Assembly: GCA_963661445.1 (NCBI GenBank)
Contig: CAVLCG010000001.1
Span: 19,539-78,178 of the forward strand
Reading direction: 5' to 3'
From: a bacterium
Lineage (GTDB): Bacteria > Bacillota_I > Bacilli_A > RF39 > UBA660
DNA: 58,640 nucleotides
Under the pieces are notes generated by a model, which saw nothing but the letters and a program-made list of their open reading frames with translations, searched no databases and was not told the origin of the DNA. Shown here in pieces: positions 17,829 to 29,728 of this stretch; the stretch's first letter is position 1; every line of letters starts with the position of its first letter. A program made the position numbers and the translations under genes.

Positions 17829-18771
17829 AAAAGTTGTAGTGCTTGGTGGTGGAAAAGGAATATCCTATCTTTTAGCAGGTTTAAAAGATTTCCCTCTTGA
17901 TATTACGGCCGTTATTTCTGTAGCTGATAATGGTCAAAGTACGGGAAAACTCCGTGAAGAGTTTCATATACCAGCCGTTGGTGATATTAGAAAAGTGATT
18001 ACTAGTTTGTCAGAGAGTGATGAAAATATTAAAGAAATGATGGCTTATCGTTTTCATACAACTAGTGATTTAGATGGCCATGCTCTTGGTAATTTAATAC
18101 TAACTTCATTATTAGATATTACTGGTAGTTTAAGAGCATCTATTGAAGAGTTATCTATTTTATTAGATGTTAAAAGTAAGATTCTTCCTTTAACCGAGGA
18201 TGAGAATGTAACTTTAATGGGAGAGGCGGTAGATGGAGAGCTTATTGAGGGAGAAGAAATGATTACTAAGTCACCTAAAAAAATCAAAAGAATATTTTAT
18301 AAGGAAGAGCCTCATGTTTTAAATGAAGTAATTGAAGCTATTAATGAAGCAGACCTTATTCTTTTAAGTATGGGTAGTTTATATACTTCATTATTTCCTA
18401 ACTTATTAGCAAAAAAAGTCAAAAAAGCTCTTGATAAGACGAAAGCTCCTATTATGTATGTTTGCAATATAGTAACGCAACCAGGTGAGACTGATAATTT
18501 TACTGTTAGTGACCATGTTAATTTAATAAATCAATACTTAGGTATGCATAAATTAGATGCTGTTATTGCCTCTAATTCACCTATATCTCAAGAAATGGCA
18601 GAAAAGTATGCAAGTGAAGAAAGAAAAGACCCAGTTAAAATTGATTATGCTGTTTTAAAATCGTTAGACGTAGAATTTATTGAAGCGGATTTATTAACTA
18701 TAGCTGATAATACATTGAAACATCATAGTCAAAAATTAAGTTCGCTAATATTTTCTTATTTAATGAGGTGA
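17821..18771 (+). CDS. yvcK: gluconeogenesis factor YvcK (UPF0052 / CofD-like)
   Basis: VVVLGGGKGISYLLAGLK N-terminus and ADNGQSTG motif. It lies immediately upstream of whiA, as is conserved in Bacillota. Confidence 0.9.
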   Translation: MNKKVVVLGGGKGISYLLAGLKDFPLDITAVISVADNGQSTGKLREEFHIPAVGDIRKVITSLSESDENIKEMMAYRFHTTSDLDGHALGNLILTSLLDITGSLRASIEELSILLDVKSKILPLTEDENVTLMGEAVDGELIEGEEMITKSPKKIKRIFYKEEPHVLNEVIEAINEADLILLSMGSLYTSLFPNLLAKKVKKALDKTKAPIMYVCNIVTQPGETDNFTVSDHVNLINQYLGMHKLDAVIASNSPISQEMAEKYASEERKDPVKIDYAVLKSLDVEFIEADLLTIADNTLKHHSQKLSSLIFSYLMR

Positions 18772-18775
18772 TGGT

Positions 18776-19684
18776 ATGTCTTTTACAACTAAGATAAAAG
18801 AAGAGATAGTATCTAATGACTTATCAGAAACAGAAAAGTATTCTATACTAGCAGGCTTTGTTAGAAATAATGCTACCTGGTATGAAGATAAACTACAACT
18901 TATTAATGAAAATGGTGATATAATTAACTATTTTAAAAATATATTAGATATGTTTAAAGGAATCAAGTATGAAGAATACACTAAGGATAGTAACAATTTT
19001 ACTAAAAATGATTTACATGTTTTAGAAATAGTAGAAGGTAGTTCTTTTCTGCTTGATTTAGTAGCTTACCAAAAGGAAGTACCACCTGATTATTTCTTTG
19101 ATGGAAAACTAGAAACTAAAGCTTACCTAAAAGGAGTATTTTTAAATGGTGGTAGTGTTAATGATCCAAAAACTTCAAGATATCATATGGAAATATTAAT
19201 TGACTATCCAGAAGAAGCTGTTTTTGTGCAAAAAGTATTAAATTCTTATAACTTAAATATTAAGATGCTTAATAGAGATCGTAGTTATATGCTTTATCTA
19301 AAAGAAGCAGAAAAAATAAGTGATTTTCTAAAAATTGTCGATGCAACAAATGCCGTTTTATATTATGAAAATGTTAGAATTTATCGTGATAAAAAGAATC
19401 AAACTAATAGACTTAATAATTGTGAACAAGCTAATACTGATAGAATAATTGCTAGTGCTTTAGAACAACTTAAACAGATAGAAATACTTAAAGAAAATAA
19501 TGCTTTAGACTTACTAGATGATAAAACAAAAGAAGCTCTTTATTATCGTGAAAAGTATAAAGAAACTTCTTTAAAAGAATTAAGTGAAATCATAAAAAAA
19601 GAAACTGGTCGCTCTATTTCTAAATCTGGATTAAATCATCGATTTAGAAAAATTAAAGAACTAGCTTCTAAATTTATGGAGTAG
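18776..19684 (+). CDS. whiA: DNA-binding protein WhiA
   Basis: [11 protein letters not shown] start, LAGLIDADG-like repeats and a C-terminal HTH ([16 protein letters not shown]). Confidence 0.92.
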   Translation: MSFTTKIKEEIVSNDLSETEKYSILAGFVRNNATWYEDKLQLINENGDIINYFKNILDMFKGIKYEEYTKDSNNFTKNDLHVLEIVEGSSFLLDLVAYQKEVPPDYFFDGKLETKAYLKGVFLNGGSVNDPKTSRYHMEILIDYPEEAVFVQKVLNSYNLNIKMLNRDRSYMLYLKEAEKISDFLKIVDATNAVLYYENVRIYRDKKNQTNRLNNCEQANTDRIIASALEQLKQIEILKENNALDLLDDKTKEALYYREKYKETSLKELSEIIKKETGRSISKSGLNHRFRKIKELASKFME

Positions 19685-20255
19685 TAGTTAATATTTTATC
19701 AATAAGACCATAATCTTTAGCATCATTAGCTGTTAAATAGTTATCTCTATCAGTATCATTTTCTATTTGCTTAATAGATTTTCCTGTATTTTTAGCAAGA
19801 ATTTCATTAAGCTTTTTCTTTGTCTTTAAAATATGTTCGGCAGCAATTTTTATTTCTGTAGCCTGTCCACTAGCTCCTCCAAGGGGTTGATGTATCATAA
19901 CTTCACTATTAGGTAAGGCATATCTTTTGCCTTCTTTTCCACTAGATAATAAGAAAGCGGCCATACTTGCTGCCATTCCAAGACAAATAGTAGAAACATC
20001 ACTTTTAATAAAGTTCATTGTATCATAAATAGCAAAGCCAGAAGTAACATTACCACCAGGAGAATTAATATAAATAGAAATATCTTCGTGACTTAGTGAA
20101 TCAAGATATAAAAGTTCTGCTACTACAGTATTTGCTAATATATCATCTATTTCACCAGATAAAAGAATTATTCTATTTTTTAATAGTCTTGAAAATATAT
20201 CGTAGCTTCTTTCTCCCCCAATTTCTTTATCAACTATCATAGGAATTAAGCTCAT
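19674..20255 (-). CDS. clpP: ATP-dependent Clp protease proteolytic subunit
   Basis: [22 protein letters not shown], active-site [11 protein letters not shown] and MIHQPLGG. Confidence 0.96.
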   Translation of the reverse strand: MSLIPMIVDKEIGGERSYDIFSRLLKNRIILLSGEIDDILANTVVAELLYLDSLSHEDISIYINSPGGNVTSGFAIYDTMNFIKSDVSTICLGMAASMAAFLLSSGKEGKRYALPNSEVMIHQPLGGASGQATEIKIAAEHILKTKKKLNEILAKNTGKSIKQIENDTDRDNYLTANDAKDYGLIDKILTTTP

Positions 20256-20426
20256 TTTATCACCTTTATCTTTCTAAAATTACTATATCCGTAAAGATAG
20301 TTAAATATACTTAAAATAGTTCATCATATTTTGCACAATTTACATCTTGAAATATAAATGTTATAATGTGATTGTATAAAATAAAGTGGTGTTGTAATTA
20401 TAATTACTACTATAAGAGGAGTATAT

Positions 20427-20987
20427 ATGAAATTTGTTTATCATGGTACAAACTTAAAAAATCTAGATGTTATAAAACCAAATGTTAGTACACATATGAA
20501 AAAGTGGGTGTATGCCACCCCTTCAAAAGCAATTGCCACTATATTTTTATCACCACTACATAGTGATTTATATTATTCATTATCAGGAGATGGAGTTAAT
20601 CATCCGGTAGAATTGGTTGAGAGAAAAAAAGGTATGTTTAAAAAAATATTTAATTGTTCAGGCTATATATATAAACTAGACTCTTCAAACTTTAAATCAG
20701 GGTTAACTGGTTGGACCGCAGAGGTTGTTAGTGAAAAAGAAGAGAAGGTTATTTCTTGTGAATATATAGATAATGTTTATGATGAGCTTGTGAACTTAAA
20801 TGAAAAAGGGTTAATAAAACTTTACTTATATCCATCTAGACCAAATGGTGTTCCTCTTGATAATAGTGATTTGATACCTAAAATTATTAGATGGCAAAAA
20901 AATGGATTTGATATAGATAGGTTTTATTATTTATATCCTGAATTAAGAGAAAAACTTTCTAGTGAAATGAATGATATATCTTGTTAG
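20427..20987 (+). CDS. hypothetical protein (186 aa), function unknown
   Basis: Strong AGAGGAG RBS and a soluble protein. The N-terminal 'VYHGTNLKNL...WVYATPSKAIA' is not assignable by eye. Confidence 0.6.
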   Translation: MKFVYHGTNLKNLDVIKPNVSTHMKKWVYATPSKAIATIFLSPLHSDLYYSLSGDGVNHPVELVERKKGMFKKIFNCSGYIYKLDSSNFKSGLTGWTAEVVSEKEEKVISCEYIDNVYDELVNLNEKGLIKLYLYPSRPNGVPLDNSDLIPKIIRWQKNGFDIDRFYYLYPELREKLSSEMNDISC

Positions 20988-21034
20988 AGAATCATATATA
21001 ATTATTGAATAATAAAGAATAAGAGGGTGAACTT

Positions 21035-22690
21035 ATGATAGAAGAAATAAAAGTTAAAGTTAATGGTAAAGAAGAGAAAGTTCCTATTGGAACAACACTA
21101 CTTCAACTTAGTAAAAATTATAGTAATAAATATCGTTTTCCTATTATCATTGCTAGAGTTAATAATACTTATAGGGAACTTAGTTATAGCATTCATGATG
21201 CTTGTGAGATAGAATTTTTTGATTTAAATTCAAGAGTGGGTAATAGAACACATATTGCAGGACTTACTTTTCTTCTATTGGTAGCAGTTAAAGAGCTTTA
21301 TGGAGAAAAAGCAGATATAATTGTTCAACACTCATTAGATAAAGGAATTTATATAGAAACAACTTTTCCAGTTAGTGATACTTTAGTTAAGTCTATAGCT
21401 AAAAAGATGTTATATTTAGTGGAACAAAATCTTGATATAACTAAAGTTAGTGTTGAAAGAATAAGTGCAATTAAGTATTTTGAAGCGATTAAAGATAAGG
21501 CTAAAGCTAATATAATGAAGTATAATACTAATACCTATATTACTTTATATAGATTAGGTAGTTATTATAATTATTTCTATCATTATATGCCAACCTCAAC
21601 AGGGCTTTTAAGAGATTTTAAATTAACTTATTTAAATGATAATGGTTTTATTTTACAGTTTCCAACCGTTTATTCTAAAAATACTATAACAGAATATAAA
21701 CATCATCCTAATATGTTTAAAGTATTTAAAGAGTGCCATGATTGGGCTAAACTTATGCATGTTTCTAATCTTTCAGAATTAAATAGTATTGTCTCAAAAG
21801 GACAAGTAGAAGATTTAATAAGAATAGATGAAACCTTACAGAGTAATAGATTATTAGAAGTGGCAAAAACTATAGTAGCAAATAAAAAAGATAAAAAGAT
21901 TGTTCTTTTAGCAGGTCCATCATCAAGTGGAAAAACAACAACTACTAGAAAATTATGTATGTTCTTAAGAAGCTTTGGTTTAAACCCTAAGATGATAAGT
22001 ATGGATGATTATTTTGTAGAACGAGATGAGACACCTCTTAATGAAAAAGGTGAAAAAGACTATGAATGTTTTGAAGCGGTTGATCATAAATTACTTACTG
22101 AACAAGTGTCTTCCTTATTGCAAGGTGAGACAGTAAAAACACCTATTTATAGTTTTATTGAAGGTAGTAAAGAGTTTGTCAGAGAAATGAAACTTGAGAA
22201 AAATGATATTCTATTGATAGAAGGTATTCATGCACTTAATCCTAAAGTTTTAGATAAAATACCAGCTAAGAATAAATATAAAATATATTTATCAGCTTTG
22301 ACAGAACTTAATATAGATTCTCATAATCGTTTTTCGACAACAGATAATCGCCTTTTAAGAAGAATTATTAGAGATAGTAGAACTAGGGGATATGATGTTG
22401 TTGACACGATAGCTATTTGGCCTAATGTTAGAGGCGGTGAAGAAAAATACATCTTCCCATATCAGGATGAAGCAGATTCTACTATCAATACAGCTTTAAT
22501 CTATGAACTTGGTGTATTAAAGACTTATGTAGAACCATTACTTTATTCTGTGGATGAAGATTCCATTTACTATGATGAAGCAAAAAGACTATTAAATCTC
22601 TTTAGATTGATATTACCAATACCAAGTGAAGCGATACCAGATGATTCTATTTTAAGAGAATTTATTGGTGGTAGTTGCTTTCATGACTAA
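21035..22690 (+). CDS. uridine/nucleoside kinase-family P-loop protein fused to a ThrRS-like TGS N-terminal region
   Basis: The N-terminus 'IKVKVNGKEEKVPIGTTLLQLSK...IEFFDL...GNRTHIAGLTFLLLVAVKELYG' parallels the ThrRS TGS/N2 region. The centre and C-terminus carry the Walker A 'LAGPSSSGKTTTTRKL' and 'LLIEGIHALNP' of the Udk/PRK family. Confidence 0.75.
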   Translation: MIEEIKVKVNGKEEKVPIGTTLLQLSKNYSNKYRFPIIIARVNNTYRELSYSIHDACEIEFFDLNSRVGNRTHIAGLTFLLLVAVKELYGEKADIIVQHSLDKGIYIETTFPVSDTLVKSIAKKMLYLVEQNLDITKVSVERISAIKYFEAIKDKAKANIMKYNTNTYITLYRLGSYYNYFYHYMPTSTGLLRDFKLTYLNDNGFILQFPTVYSKNTITEYKHHPNMFKVFKECHDWAKLMHVSNLSELNSIVSKGQVEDLIRIDETLQSNRLLEVAKTIVANKKDKKIVLLAGPSSSGKTTTTRKLCMFLRSFGLNPKMISMDDYFVERDETPLNEKGEKDYECFEAVDHKLLTEQVSSLLQGETVKTPIYSFIEGSKEFVREMKLEKNDILLIEGIHALNPKVLDKIPAKNKYKIYLSALTELNIDSHNRFSTTDNRLLRRIIRDSRTRGYDVVDTIAIWPNVRGGEEKYIFPYQDEADSTINTALIYELGVLKTYVEPLLYSVDEDSIYYDEAKRLLNLFRLILPIPSEAIPDDSILREFIGGSCFHD

Positions 22691-22694
22691 AATA

Positions 22695-22735
22695 AAAATC
22701 AAGGAATAGTTAAGTCTAAACCTTGATTTTGTTTT
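22695..22735. terminator. bidirectional terminator between the convergent kinase and phosphoketolase genes
   Basis: AAATCAAGG ... CCTTGATTT stem flanked by an A-run and a T-run. Confidence 0.7.
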
Positions 22736-22747
22736 GTATATAAATTA

Positions 22748-25108
22748 TTACCACAATACTTCAATATCTTTATCAATATCGTGCCATACGAAGTTTTGTA
22801 CTTCTTCCATGTCTTCACCATATTCTCTTATATAATTGTTATGCTTAACAAGCTTATCTTTGCACCATTCATAAAGAGGAGTAGCTCTGTTACCTAGTTT
22901 AGGTAAGTACTTTAAAGCATCCATTACTAGATGATATCTATCAATTTTGTTTTGAACTCGCATATCGAATGGAGTAGTAATAGTACCTTCTTCAATGTAA
23001 CCATGGACATGCATATTATCGTTTTCTCGTTTATAGGTTAATTGATGAATTAAAGAAGGATAACCATGGAAAGCAAAAATGATAGGTTTGTTTTTAGTGA
23101 ACAACATGTCATAATCTTGATCAGTTAGTCCATGAGGATGTTCTAAATTTGATTGTAATTTCATTAAATCAACAACGTTTACACAACGAATCTTTATTTC
23201 TGGGAAAAATTTATGAAGAATAGAAATTGCTGCTAGAGTTTCTAGAGTTGGTGTATCTCCACAACAAGCCATTACTATATCGGGTTCGTATCCTAAATCA
23301 TTACTAGCCCAGTTAAATATACCAATACCCTTACTACAATGATTGATAGCTTCATCCATACTTAACCACTGCATACTAGGATGTTTAGATGCGACAATTA
23401 CATTTATATAATTTTTACTCTTAATACAATGATTGCAAGTAGAAAGTAGACAGTTAGCATCAGGTGGAAGATAGATTCTTGCTATATCAGCTTTCTTTGT
23501 AACAATATGATTTAAGAATCCTGGGTCTTGATGGGTATAACCGTTGTGGTCTTGCTGCCAAATGTGAGATGTTAGTAAGTAATTAAGAGAAGAAATATTT
23601 CTTCGCCAATCAAGTTGTTTACAAACCTTTAACCATTTAGCATGTTGACTTGCCATAGAATCAACAATTCTTACAAAAGCTTCATAAGTATCAAATATGC
23701 CGTGTCTTCCAGTTAAAATATACCCTTCAAGCATTCCTTCACAAACATGTTCAGAAAGAAAAGAATCTATAACTTGTCCCTGTTCACTTAAATATTCATC
23801 ATTATCCAAGATTTTTCCATTAAATTGACGATTAGTTGTTTCAAAGACAGCATTTAGTCTATTTGATAAAGCTTCATCTGGTCCGAATATTCGGAAATTT
23901 TTGTTTTTCTTAATAATCTCTTCTAAGAAATTACCTAAAATTTTTGTATCTTGAACTTTAATATCGCCATGGTTTTTAACCTCAACTTTATAATTACGAA
24001 AATCAGGTAAACATAGTTCTTTTAATAAAAGTCCACCGTTAGCATAAGGGTTAGCTCCCATTCTCTTGTTACCTTTTGGTACTAGTTCTCTTAACTCTTC
24101 TTTTATAGAACCATCTTCATTAAAGATTTGTTCAGGGTGGTAACTTTTTAACCAATCTTCTAATATATCAACATGTTCCATATGGTCTTGATCTATTGGT
24201 ACGGGTACTTGATGTGCTCTAAAAGTTCCTTCGATTTGAGCACCTTGAAACATTTTTGGACCAGTCCAGCCTTTTGGCGTTTTTAAAATAATCATTGGCC
24301 ATTTAGGAGTAGTAGTTGATTTATCACTCTTAATTTGTTTTATCTTTTTAACAACTTCATCTAAGGCTTCTGCCATTTTCTCATGAAGAACCATTGGATC
24401 TTTTCCTTCCAAATAAATTGGATTATAACCATAGCCATCAAAAAGATTAAGCAATTCCTTTTTAGGTATTCTGTCAAGAATAGTTGGATTTGCTATTTTA
24501 TAACCATTTAAATTTAGAATAGGTAAAACAACTCCATCTGTTTCTTTATTAATTAGTTTGTTACAGTGCCATGAAGTAGCAAGAGGACCTGTTTCAGCTT
24601 CCCCGTCACCTACTACTACCGCTGCTATTAAATCTGGATTATCAAGAACAGCACCATAAGCATGAGCAAGACTGTATCCTAATTCACCACCTTCATTTAT
24701 CGAACCTGGCGTTTCTGGAGCTACATGTGATGAAATTCCTCCAGGAAAACTAAATTGCTTAAATAATTTTTTTAATCCTTCTTCGTTTTCTGATATATTT
24801 GGATATACTTCACTATAAGTTCCTTCCAAATAAACATTTGAAACAATAGCATTACCGCCATGTCCTGGACCTGAGATATAAATCATATTAAGATCATATT
24901 TCTTTATAATTCTATTTAAATGTGTATAAATAAAATTTTGAGCAGGAACAGTACCCCAGTGACCAACTACTTTCTTTTTTAAATCATTTTTTTTGAGTGG
25001 TCTTTTTAATAGGGGATTATCCTTTAAATAAAGTTGTCCTACTGATAAATAATTAGCTGCATTAAAGTATCTATTAATTCTTTCTTTCTCTTTTTCTGTA
25101 AGTACCAT
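22748..25108 (-). CDS. xfp: xylulose-5-phosphate/fructose-6-phosphate phosphoketolase
   Basis: GHWGT, EGGELGY, and GDGEAETGP ThDP motifs; about 786 aa. Start set at MVLTEKEK after a GGAGGA RBS. The ORF-track start at 25159 has no RBS. Confidence 0.93.
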   Translation of the reverse strand: MVLTEKEKERINRYFNAANYLSVGQLYLKDNPLLKRPLKKNDLKKKVVGHWGTVPAQNFIYTHLNRIIKKYDLNMIYISGPGHGGNAIVSNVYLEGTYSEVYPNISENEEGLKKLFKQFSFPGGISSHVAPETPGSINEGGELGYSLAHAYGAVLDNPDLIAAVVVGDGEAETGPLATSWHCNKLINKETDGVVLPILNLNGYKIANPTILDRIPKKELLNLFDGYGYNPIYLEGKDPMVLHEKMAEALDEVVKKIKQIKSDKSTTTPKWPMIILKTPKGWTGPKMFQGAQIEGTFRAHQVPVPIDQDHMEHVDILEDWLKSYHPEQIFNEDGSIKEELRELVPKGNKRMGANPYANGGLLLKELCLPDFRNYKVEVKNHGDIKVQDTKILGNFLEEIIKKNKNFRIFGPDEALSNRLNAVFETTNRQFNGKILDNDEYLSEQGQVIDSFLSEHVCEGMLEGYILTGRHGIFDTYEAFVRIVDSMASQHAKWLKVCKQLDWRRNISSLNYLLTSHIWQQDHNGYTHQDPGFLNHIVTKKADIARIYLPPDANCLLSTCNHCIKSKNYINVIVASKHPSMQWLSMDEAINHCSKGIGIFNWASNDLGYEPDIVMACCGDTPTLETLAAISILHKFFPEIKIRCVNVVDLMKLQSNLEHPHGLTDQDYDMLFTKNKPIIFAFHGYPSLIHQLTYKRENDNMHVHGYIEEGTITTPFDMRVQNKIDRYHLVMDALKYLPKLGNRATPLYEWCKDKLVKHNNYIREYGEDMEEVQNFVWHDIDKDIEVLW

Positions 25109-25222
25109 ACTAGTCCTCCTTATTCTATTTAGATTATAAGATAAAATTTGATTTTTCACAATATAATACTAATCATTAAATATAAAATTAGTTTATTTTA
25201 CGTTATCTTTTAAAAAATATGT

Positions 25223-25251
25223 TTGACAAACCTATAAAGTGATGTTATATT
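25223..25251 (+). promoter_or_regulatory. sigma-A type promoter of the str operon
   Basis: TTGACA, 17 nt spacer, TATATT. About 100 nt upstream of rpsL. The leader contains the hairpin AATTTTGT-TGAGAG-ACAAAATT. Confidence 0.6.
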
Positions 25252-25351
25252 ATAATCGCTGATTAAATTTAATTTTGTTGAGAGACAAAATTTTATTTAG
25301 AAGTTAAAATGATACACCCGGATATGTGTAAAGAAAGGAGATATATTTTAT

Positions 25352-25762
25352 ATGCCTACAGTTCAACAATTGGTACGTAAAGGAAGAGAAAATAAAGTTC
25401 GTAAGAGTAAGGCTCCAGTATTAGGTGTTGGTGTTAATACAATTCGTAGAAAATCAACTAGTAATCCATCACCACAAAAACGTGGAGTATGTACTCGTGT
25501 AGGAACTAAGACACCTAAGAAACCAAACTCAGCTTTAAGAAAGTATGCTCGTGTTCGTTTATCAAATGGAAAAGAAGTAGATACTTATATTCCAGGAATT
25601 GGACATAACTTACAAGAGCACAGTGTTGTATTAGTACGTGGCGGACGTGTTAAGGACTTAATCGGAGTTCGTTATCACATCGTTCGTGGTACATTAGATA
25701 CTGCTGGAGTAAAAGATAGAAAACAAGGTCGTAGCAAATATGGTGCTAAACGTCCTAAGTAG
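25352..25762 (+). CDS. rpsL: 30S ribosomal protein S12
   Basis: [12 protein letters not shown]... [10 protein letters not shown] is canonical. Confidence 0.98.
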   Translation: MPTVQQLVRKGRENKVRKSKAPVLGVGVNTIRRKSTSNPSPQKRGVCTRVGTKTPKKPNSALRKYARVRLSNGKEVDTYIPGIGHNLQEHSVVLVRGGRVKDLIGVRYHIVRGTLDTAGVKDRKQGRSKYGAKRPK

Positions 25763-25796
25763 AATTAATAATTAGTATTGGAAGGAGGAAATCAAT

Positions 25797-26264
25797 ATGC
25801 GTAAAAGACGTGCTGTAAAAAGAGATGTTTTACCAGATCCTATATATAAATCTAAGACAGTAGCTAAATTAACAAACACTATTATGTTAGATGGTAAAAA
25901 AGGAACTGCACAAACTATTCTTTATGAAGCATTTGACATGGTTAAAGAAAAAACTGGTCGTGATCCACTTGAAGTTTTTAATGAAGCAATGGATAATATT
26001 AGACCAGCTTTAGAAGTTAAATCACGTCGTGTTGGAGGAGCTAACTATCAAGTACCTCAAGAAGTAACACCTCGTCGTGCTGAAGCTTTAGCACTTCGTT
26101 GGTTAGTTAAATATTCTCGTCTTCGTGGTGGACGTGGAATGGCTGATAACTTAGCTAGTGAAATTATAGATGCTGCAAATGGAACAGGAGCAGCTGTTAA
26201 GAAAAAAGAAGATACTCACAGAATGGCAGAAGCAAACAAGGCTTATGCACATTATCGTTGGTAG
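25797..26264 (+). CDS. rpsG: 30S ribosomal protein S7
   Basis: Canonical S7 sequence ending AHYRW. Confidence 0.98.
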   Translation: MRKRRAVKRDVLPDPIYKSKTVAKLTNTIMLDGKKGTAQTILYEAFDMVKEKTGRDPLEVFNEAMDNIRPALEVKSRRVGGANYQVPQEVTPRRAEALALRWLVKYSRLRGGRGMADNLASEIIDAANGTGAAVKKKEDTHRMAEANKAYAHYRW

Positions 26265-26276
26265 AAAGGATAATAT

Positions 26277-28346
26277 ATGGCAAGAGATACGTCTTTAGAA
26301 AAGACAAGAAATTTTGGAATTATGGCACATATTGATGCCGGAAAAACAACTACTACAGAACGTATATTATTCCATGGTGGAAATATCCATAAAATTGGAG
26401 AAACTCACGATGGAGCTAGCCAAATGGACTGGATGGAGCAAGAAAAAGAGCGTGGTATTACTATCACTTCTGCTGCTACTACAGTTCACTGGAAAGGATA
26501 TCGTTACAATATCATCGATACTCCAGGACACGTAGACTTCACAATTGAGGTTAGTCGTAGTTTAAGAGTACTTGATGGATCAGTAGCTTTACTAGATGCC
26601 CAAGCAGGTGTTGAGCCTCAAATGGAAACAGTATGGCGTCAAGCTGATGAATTTATGGTACCTAGAATTATTTTTGCTAATAAGATGGGTAAGATGGGAG
26701 CAGACTTTAGTTACAGTCTTAAATCTATTAAAGACCGTTTGGGAGTTAATGCTAAACCAATCGAATGGCCTATTGGAGCAGAAGATGATTTTAGAGGAGT
26801 TATCGATTTAGTTACTAAAAAAGCAATTGAATTCGATGGTAAACCAGAAGAAGATGCTAAGGAAATTGAAATTCCAGCAGATTTAAAAGATTTAGTAGAA
26901 GAGAAGCATGCTGAACTTATTGATGCAGTAGCTGAATTTGATGATGAAATGATGGAAACTTACCTTGAAGGTGGAGAAGTTACTGAAGAAATGATTAAAA
27001 GAGCTATCCGTAAAGGATGCCTTGCTACTAAGTTCTTCCCAGTTATGTGTGGAGATGCTTTAGGAAATAAAGGTATTAAACCATTAATGGATGCTGTTAT
27101 TGATTATTTACCAAGTCCATTAGATATTGCCTCAATTAAAGGACACAATCTAAAAGGTGAAGAAGAAACTCGTCATCCAAGTGATACTGAACCATTTAGT
27201 GCATTAGCATTTAAGGTTATGACAGATCCATTTGTTGGACGTTTAACATTCTTCCGTGTTTATTCAGGACATCTATCAAGTGGTAGTTATGTTTTAAACT
27301 CTACAAAAGATAGTAAAGAAAGAATTGGTCGTATTTTACAAATGCACGCTAATACTCGTAAAGAAATTACTGATGTATATACTGGTGATATTGCTGCTGC
27401 TGTAGGACTTAAGAATACAACAACTGGTGATACACTATGTGATGAAAAGAAACCAATTATTCTTGAAAAATTATCAGTTCCTGAACCAGTTATTCAATTA
27501 GCTGTTGAACCTAAGAGTAAAGCTGATCAAGATAAAATGGCTTTAGCTTTACAAAAATTAGCTGAAGAAGATCCAACATTTAAAGTTCATACAGACCATG
27601 AAACAGGACAAACTGTTATTGCTGGTATGGGTGAATTACACTTAGATGTATTAGTTGATCGTATGAAACGTGAATTCCACGTTGAAGCTAATGTTGGTGC
27701 TCCACAAGTTGCTTATCGTGAAACAATTAAGCAAGCTGCTGATTGTGAAGGTAAATATATTAAACAATCTGGTGGTCGTGGACAATACGGACATGTTTGG
27801 GTTAAGTTTGAACCTAATCCAGATAAGGGATATGAATTTGTTGACCAAATCGTTGGTGGAGTTGTTCCTCGTGAATATATTCCAGTAGTAGATAAAGGTT
27901 TACAAGAAGCTATGCAAACCGGTATTTTAGCAGGATATCCTATGATTGATGTTAAAGCTACATTATTTGATGGTTCATACCATGATGTAGACTCTAACGA
28001 AATGGCTTTCAAAATAGCTGCATCTATGGCTTTAAAAGAAGCTAAAAATAAATGTAATGCTGTTTTATTAGAACCAATTATGAAAGTTGACGTAACTACA
28101 CCAGATGAATATTTTGGTAATGTTATGGGAGACTTAACAAGTCGTCGTGGTAGACCACTTGGACAAGAGAGTACTGGAAATGCAGTAAAATTATCTGCTA
28201 TGGTACCACTTTCTGAAATGTTTGGTTATGCTACTAACTTACGTAGTAATACGCAAGGTAGAGGAAACTTTGTTATGACATTTGATCATTATGAAGAAGT
28301 TCCAAGAAACATTGCAGAAGAAATAATTAAAAAGAGTGGAAATTAA
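26277..28346 (+). CDS. fusA: elongation factor G
   Basis: [20 protein letters not shown]; 689 aa. Confidence 0.98.
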   Translation: MARDTSLEKTRNFGIMAHIDAGKTTTTERILFHGGNIHKIGETHDGASQMDWMEQEKERGITITSAATTVHWKGYRYNIIDTPGHVDFTIEVSRSLRVLDGSVALLDAQAGVEPQMETVWRQADEFMVPRIIFANKMGKMGADFSYSLKSIKDRLGVNAKPIEWPIGAEDDFRGVIDLVTKKAIEFDGKPEEDAKEIEIPADLKDLVEEKHAELIDAVAEFDDEMMETYLEGGEVTEEMIKRAIRKGCLATKFFPVMCGDALGNKGIKPLMDAVIDYLPSPLDIASIKGHNLKGEEETRHPSDTEPFSALAFKVMTDPFVGRLTFFRVYSGHLSSGSYVLNSTKDSKERIGRILQMHANTRKEITDVYTGDIAAAVGLKNTTTGDTLCDEKKPIILEKLSVPEPVIQLAVEPKSKADQDKMALALQKLAEEDPTFKVHTDHETGQTVIAGMGELHLDVLVDRMKREFHVEANVGAPQVAYRETIKQAADCEGKYIKQSGGRGQYGHVWVKFEPNPDKGYEFVDQIVGGVVPREYIPVVDKGLQEAMQTGILAGYPMIDVKATLFDGSYHDVDSNEMAFKIAASMALKEAKNKCNAVLLEPIMKVDVTTPDEYFGNVMGDLTSRRGRPLGQESTGNAVKLSAMVPLSEMFGYATNLRSNTQGRGNFVMTFDHYEEVPRNIAEEIIKKSGN

Positions 28347-28440
28347 TTATAAACTCTTAAAAAATAGTTCTAAACAGTTGCAAAATTGCTAATTGTTAGA
28401 TAAAATAAATATTGAACATGAAAAAGGAGGAAATTTAATT

Positions 28441-29631
28441 ATGGCAAAACAAAAATTTGATCGTTCAAAACCACATGTTAACATTGGTACAATTGGACAC
28501 GTAGATCATGGTAAAACTACTTTAACTGCAGCTATTACTAAATGTTTACATGATAAGAACCCTGATTGGGCTGATTTCACTGATTATGCAAACATTGATA
28601 AAGCTCCAGAAGAAAGAGAACGTGGTATTACAATTAATACTGCACACGTTGAATATCAAACAGAAAATCGTCACTATGCACACGTTGACTGCCCAGGACA
28701 TGCTGATTATGTTAAAAACATGATTACTGGTGCTGCTCAAATGGATGGAGCAATCTTAGTTATTGCTGCTACTGATGGTGCTATGGCTCAAACTCGTGAA
28801 CATATCTTATTATCACGTCAAGTTGGAGTACCTCGTATGGTTGTATTCTTAAACAAATGTGATATGGTTGATGATCCTGAGTTAATCGACTTAGTAGAAA
28901 TGGAAGTTCGTGACTTATTAAATGAATATGGTTACGAAGGAGATGAAACTCCAATCATTAAGGGTTCTGCTCTTAAAGCTCTTGAAGGAGAACAGAAGTA
29001 TGTTGATGCTATCTATGAATTAATGGATGCTGTTGACACTTGGATTCCTACTCCAGAACGTGATAACGACAAACCATTCTTAATGAGTATTGAAGATGTA
29101 TTCACAATCACTGGTCGTGGTACAGTTGTTACTGGACGTGTTGAACGTGGACAATTAAAACTTAACGATGAAGTAGAAATCGTTGGTATTAAACCAACTC
29201 AAAAGACTGTTGTTACAGGAATTGAAATGTTCCGTAAACAATTAGACTTTGCAGAAGCTGGAGATAATGCTGGTGTATTATTACGTGGTATTTCACGTGA
29301 ACAAGTAGAACGTGGACAAGTTCTTGCTAAACCAGGAAGTGTTCATCCACATCACCAATTCAAAGCTGAAGTATATGTACTAAGCAAAGAAGAAGGTGGA
29401 CGTCATACACCATTCTTCTCAAATTATCGTCCTCAATTCTATTTCAGAACTACAGACGTAACTGGTGTTATCACATTACCTGAAGGTGTTGAAATGGTTA
29501 TGCCAGGAGACAATGTTTCAATGGATGTTGAGTTAATTCACCCAATCGCTATTGAAAAAGGTACCAAGTTCTCTATCCGTGAAGGTGGACGTACTGTTGG
29601 TGCTGGTGTTGTTTCTGAAATCGAAGGATAA
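28441..29631 (+). CDS. tuf: elongation factor Tu
   Basis: [28 protein letters not shown]. Start at 28441 after a GGAGGA RBS; the ORF-track start at 28393 is an upstream extension. Confidence 0.98.
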   Translation: MAKQKFDRSKPHVNIGTIGHVDHGKTTLTAAITKCLHDKNPDWADFTDYANIDKAPEERERGITINTAHVEYQTENRHYAHVDCPGHADYVKNMITGAAQMDGAILVIAATDGAMAQTREHILLSRQVGVPRMVVFLNKCDMVDDPELIDLVEMEVRDLLNEYGYEGDETPIIKGSALKALEGEQKYVDAIYELMDAVDTWIPTPERDNDKPFLMSIEDVFTITGRGTVVTGRVERGQLKLNDEVEIVGIKPTQKTVVTGIEMFRKQLDFAEAGDNAGVLLRGISREQVERGQVLAKPGSVHPHHQFKAEVYVLSKEEGGRHTPFFSNYRPQFYFRTTDVTGVITLPEGVEMVMPGDNVSMDVELIHPIAIEKGTKFSIREGGRTVGAGVVSEIEG

Positions 29632-29645
29632 TAACATTATAAATA

Positions 29646-29684
29646 AAAACTGTAAGATCAAATTACGATTTTACAGTTTTTTTT
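29646..29684 (+). terminator. rho-independent terminator after tuf
   Basis: AAAACTGTAA ... TTACAGTTTT followed by a T-run. Confidence 0.8.
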
Positions 29685-29728
29685 GTTTGTTAAATGTGAT
29701 ATATTTAATATACTAAGGATGTGTTAAG

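Noticed and set aside
20256-20426. CtsR operator upstream of clpP
   Set aside because: No (A/G)GTCAAA direct repeat is present on either strand of the spacer.
26314-28012. Several 65-99 aa ORFs in alternative frames or on the opposite strand within fusA (26314-26535, 26596-26811, 27651-27848, 27670-27888, 27713-28012)
   Set aside because: All lie inside the highly conserved EF-G coding sequence and are frame artefacts. The same reasoning applies to:
- 28546-28740 (in tuf);
- 33264-33536 (in eno);
- 37352-37612 (in rplA);
- 38345-38584 (in rplL);
- 43287-43565 (in rpoB);
- 46395-46649 (in rpoC);
- 50220-50456 (in pgk);
- 48514-48735 (in the HAD nucleotidase-like gene, 48172-48774);
- 18054-18287 (in yvcK);
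- 15969-16151 (over the holin-family gene end and lgt start);
- 12479-12664 (in hup);
- 11263-11539, which holds two ORFs (in the sigH-like gene);
- 5537-5773 (in the kinase);
- 3753-3941 (over the LytTR regulator start).
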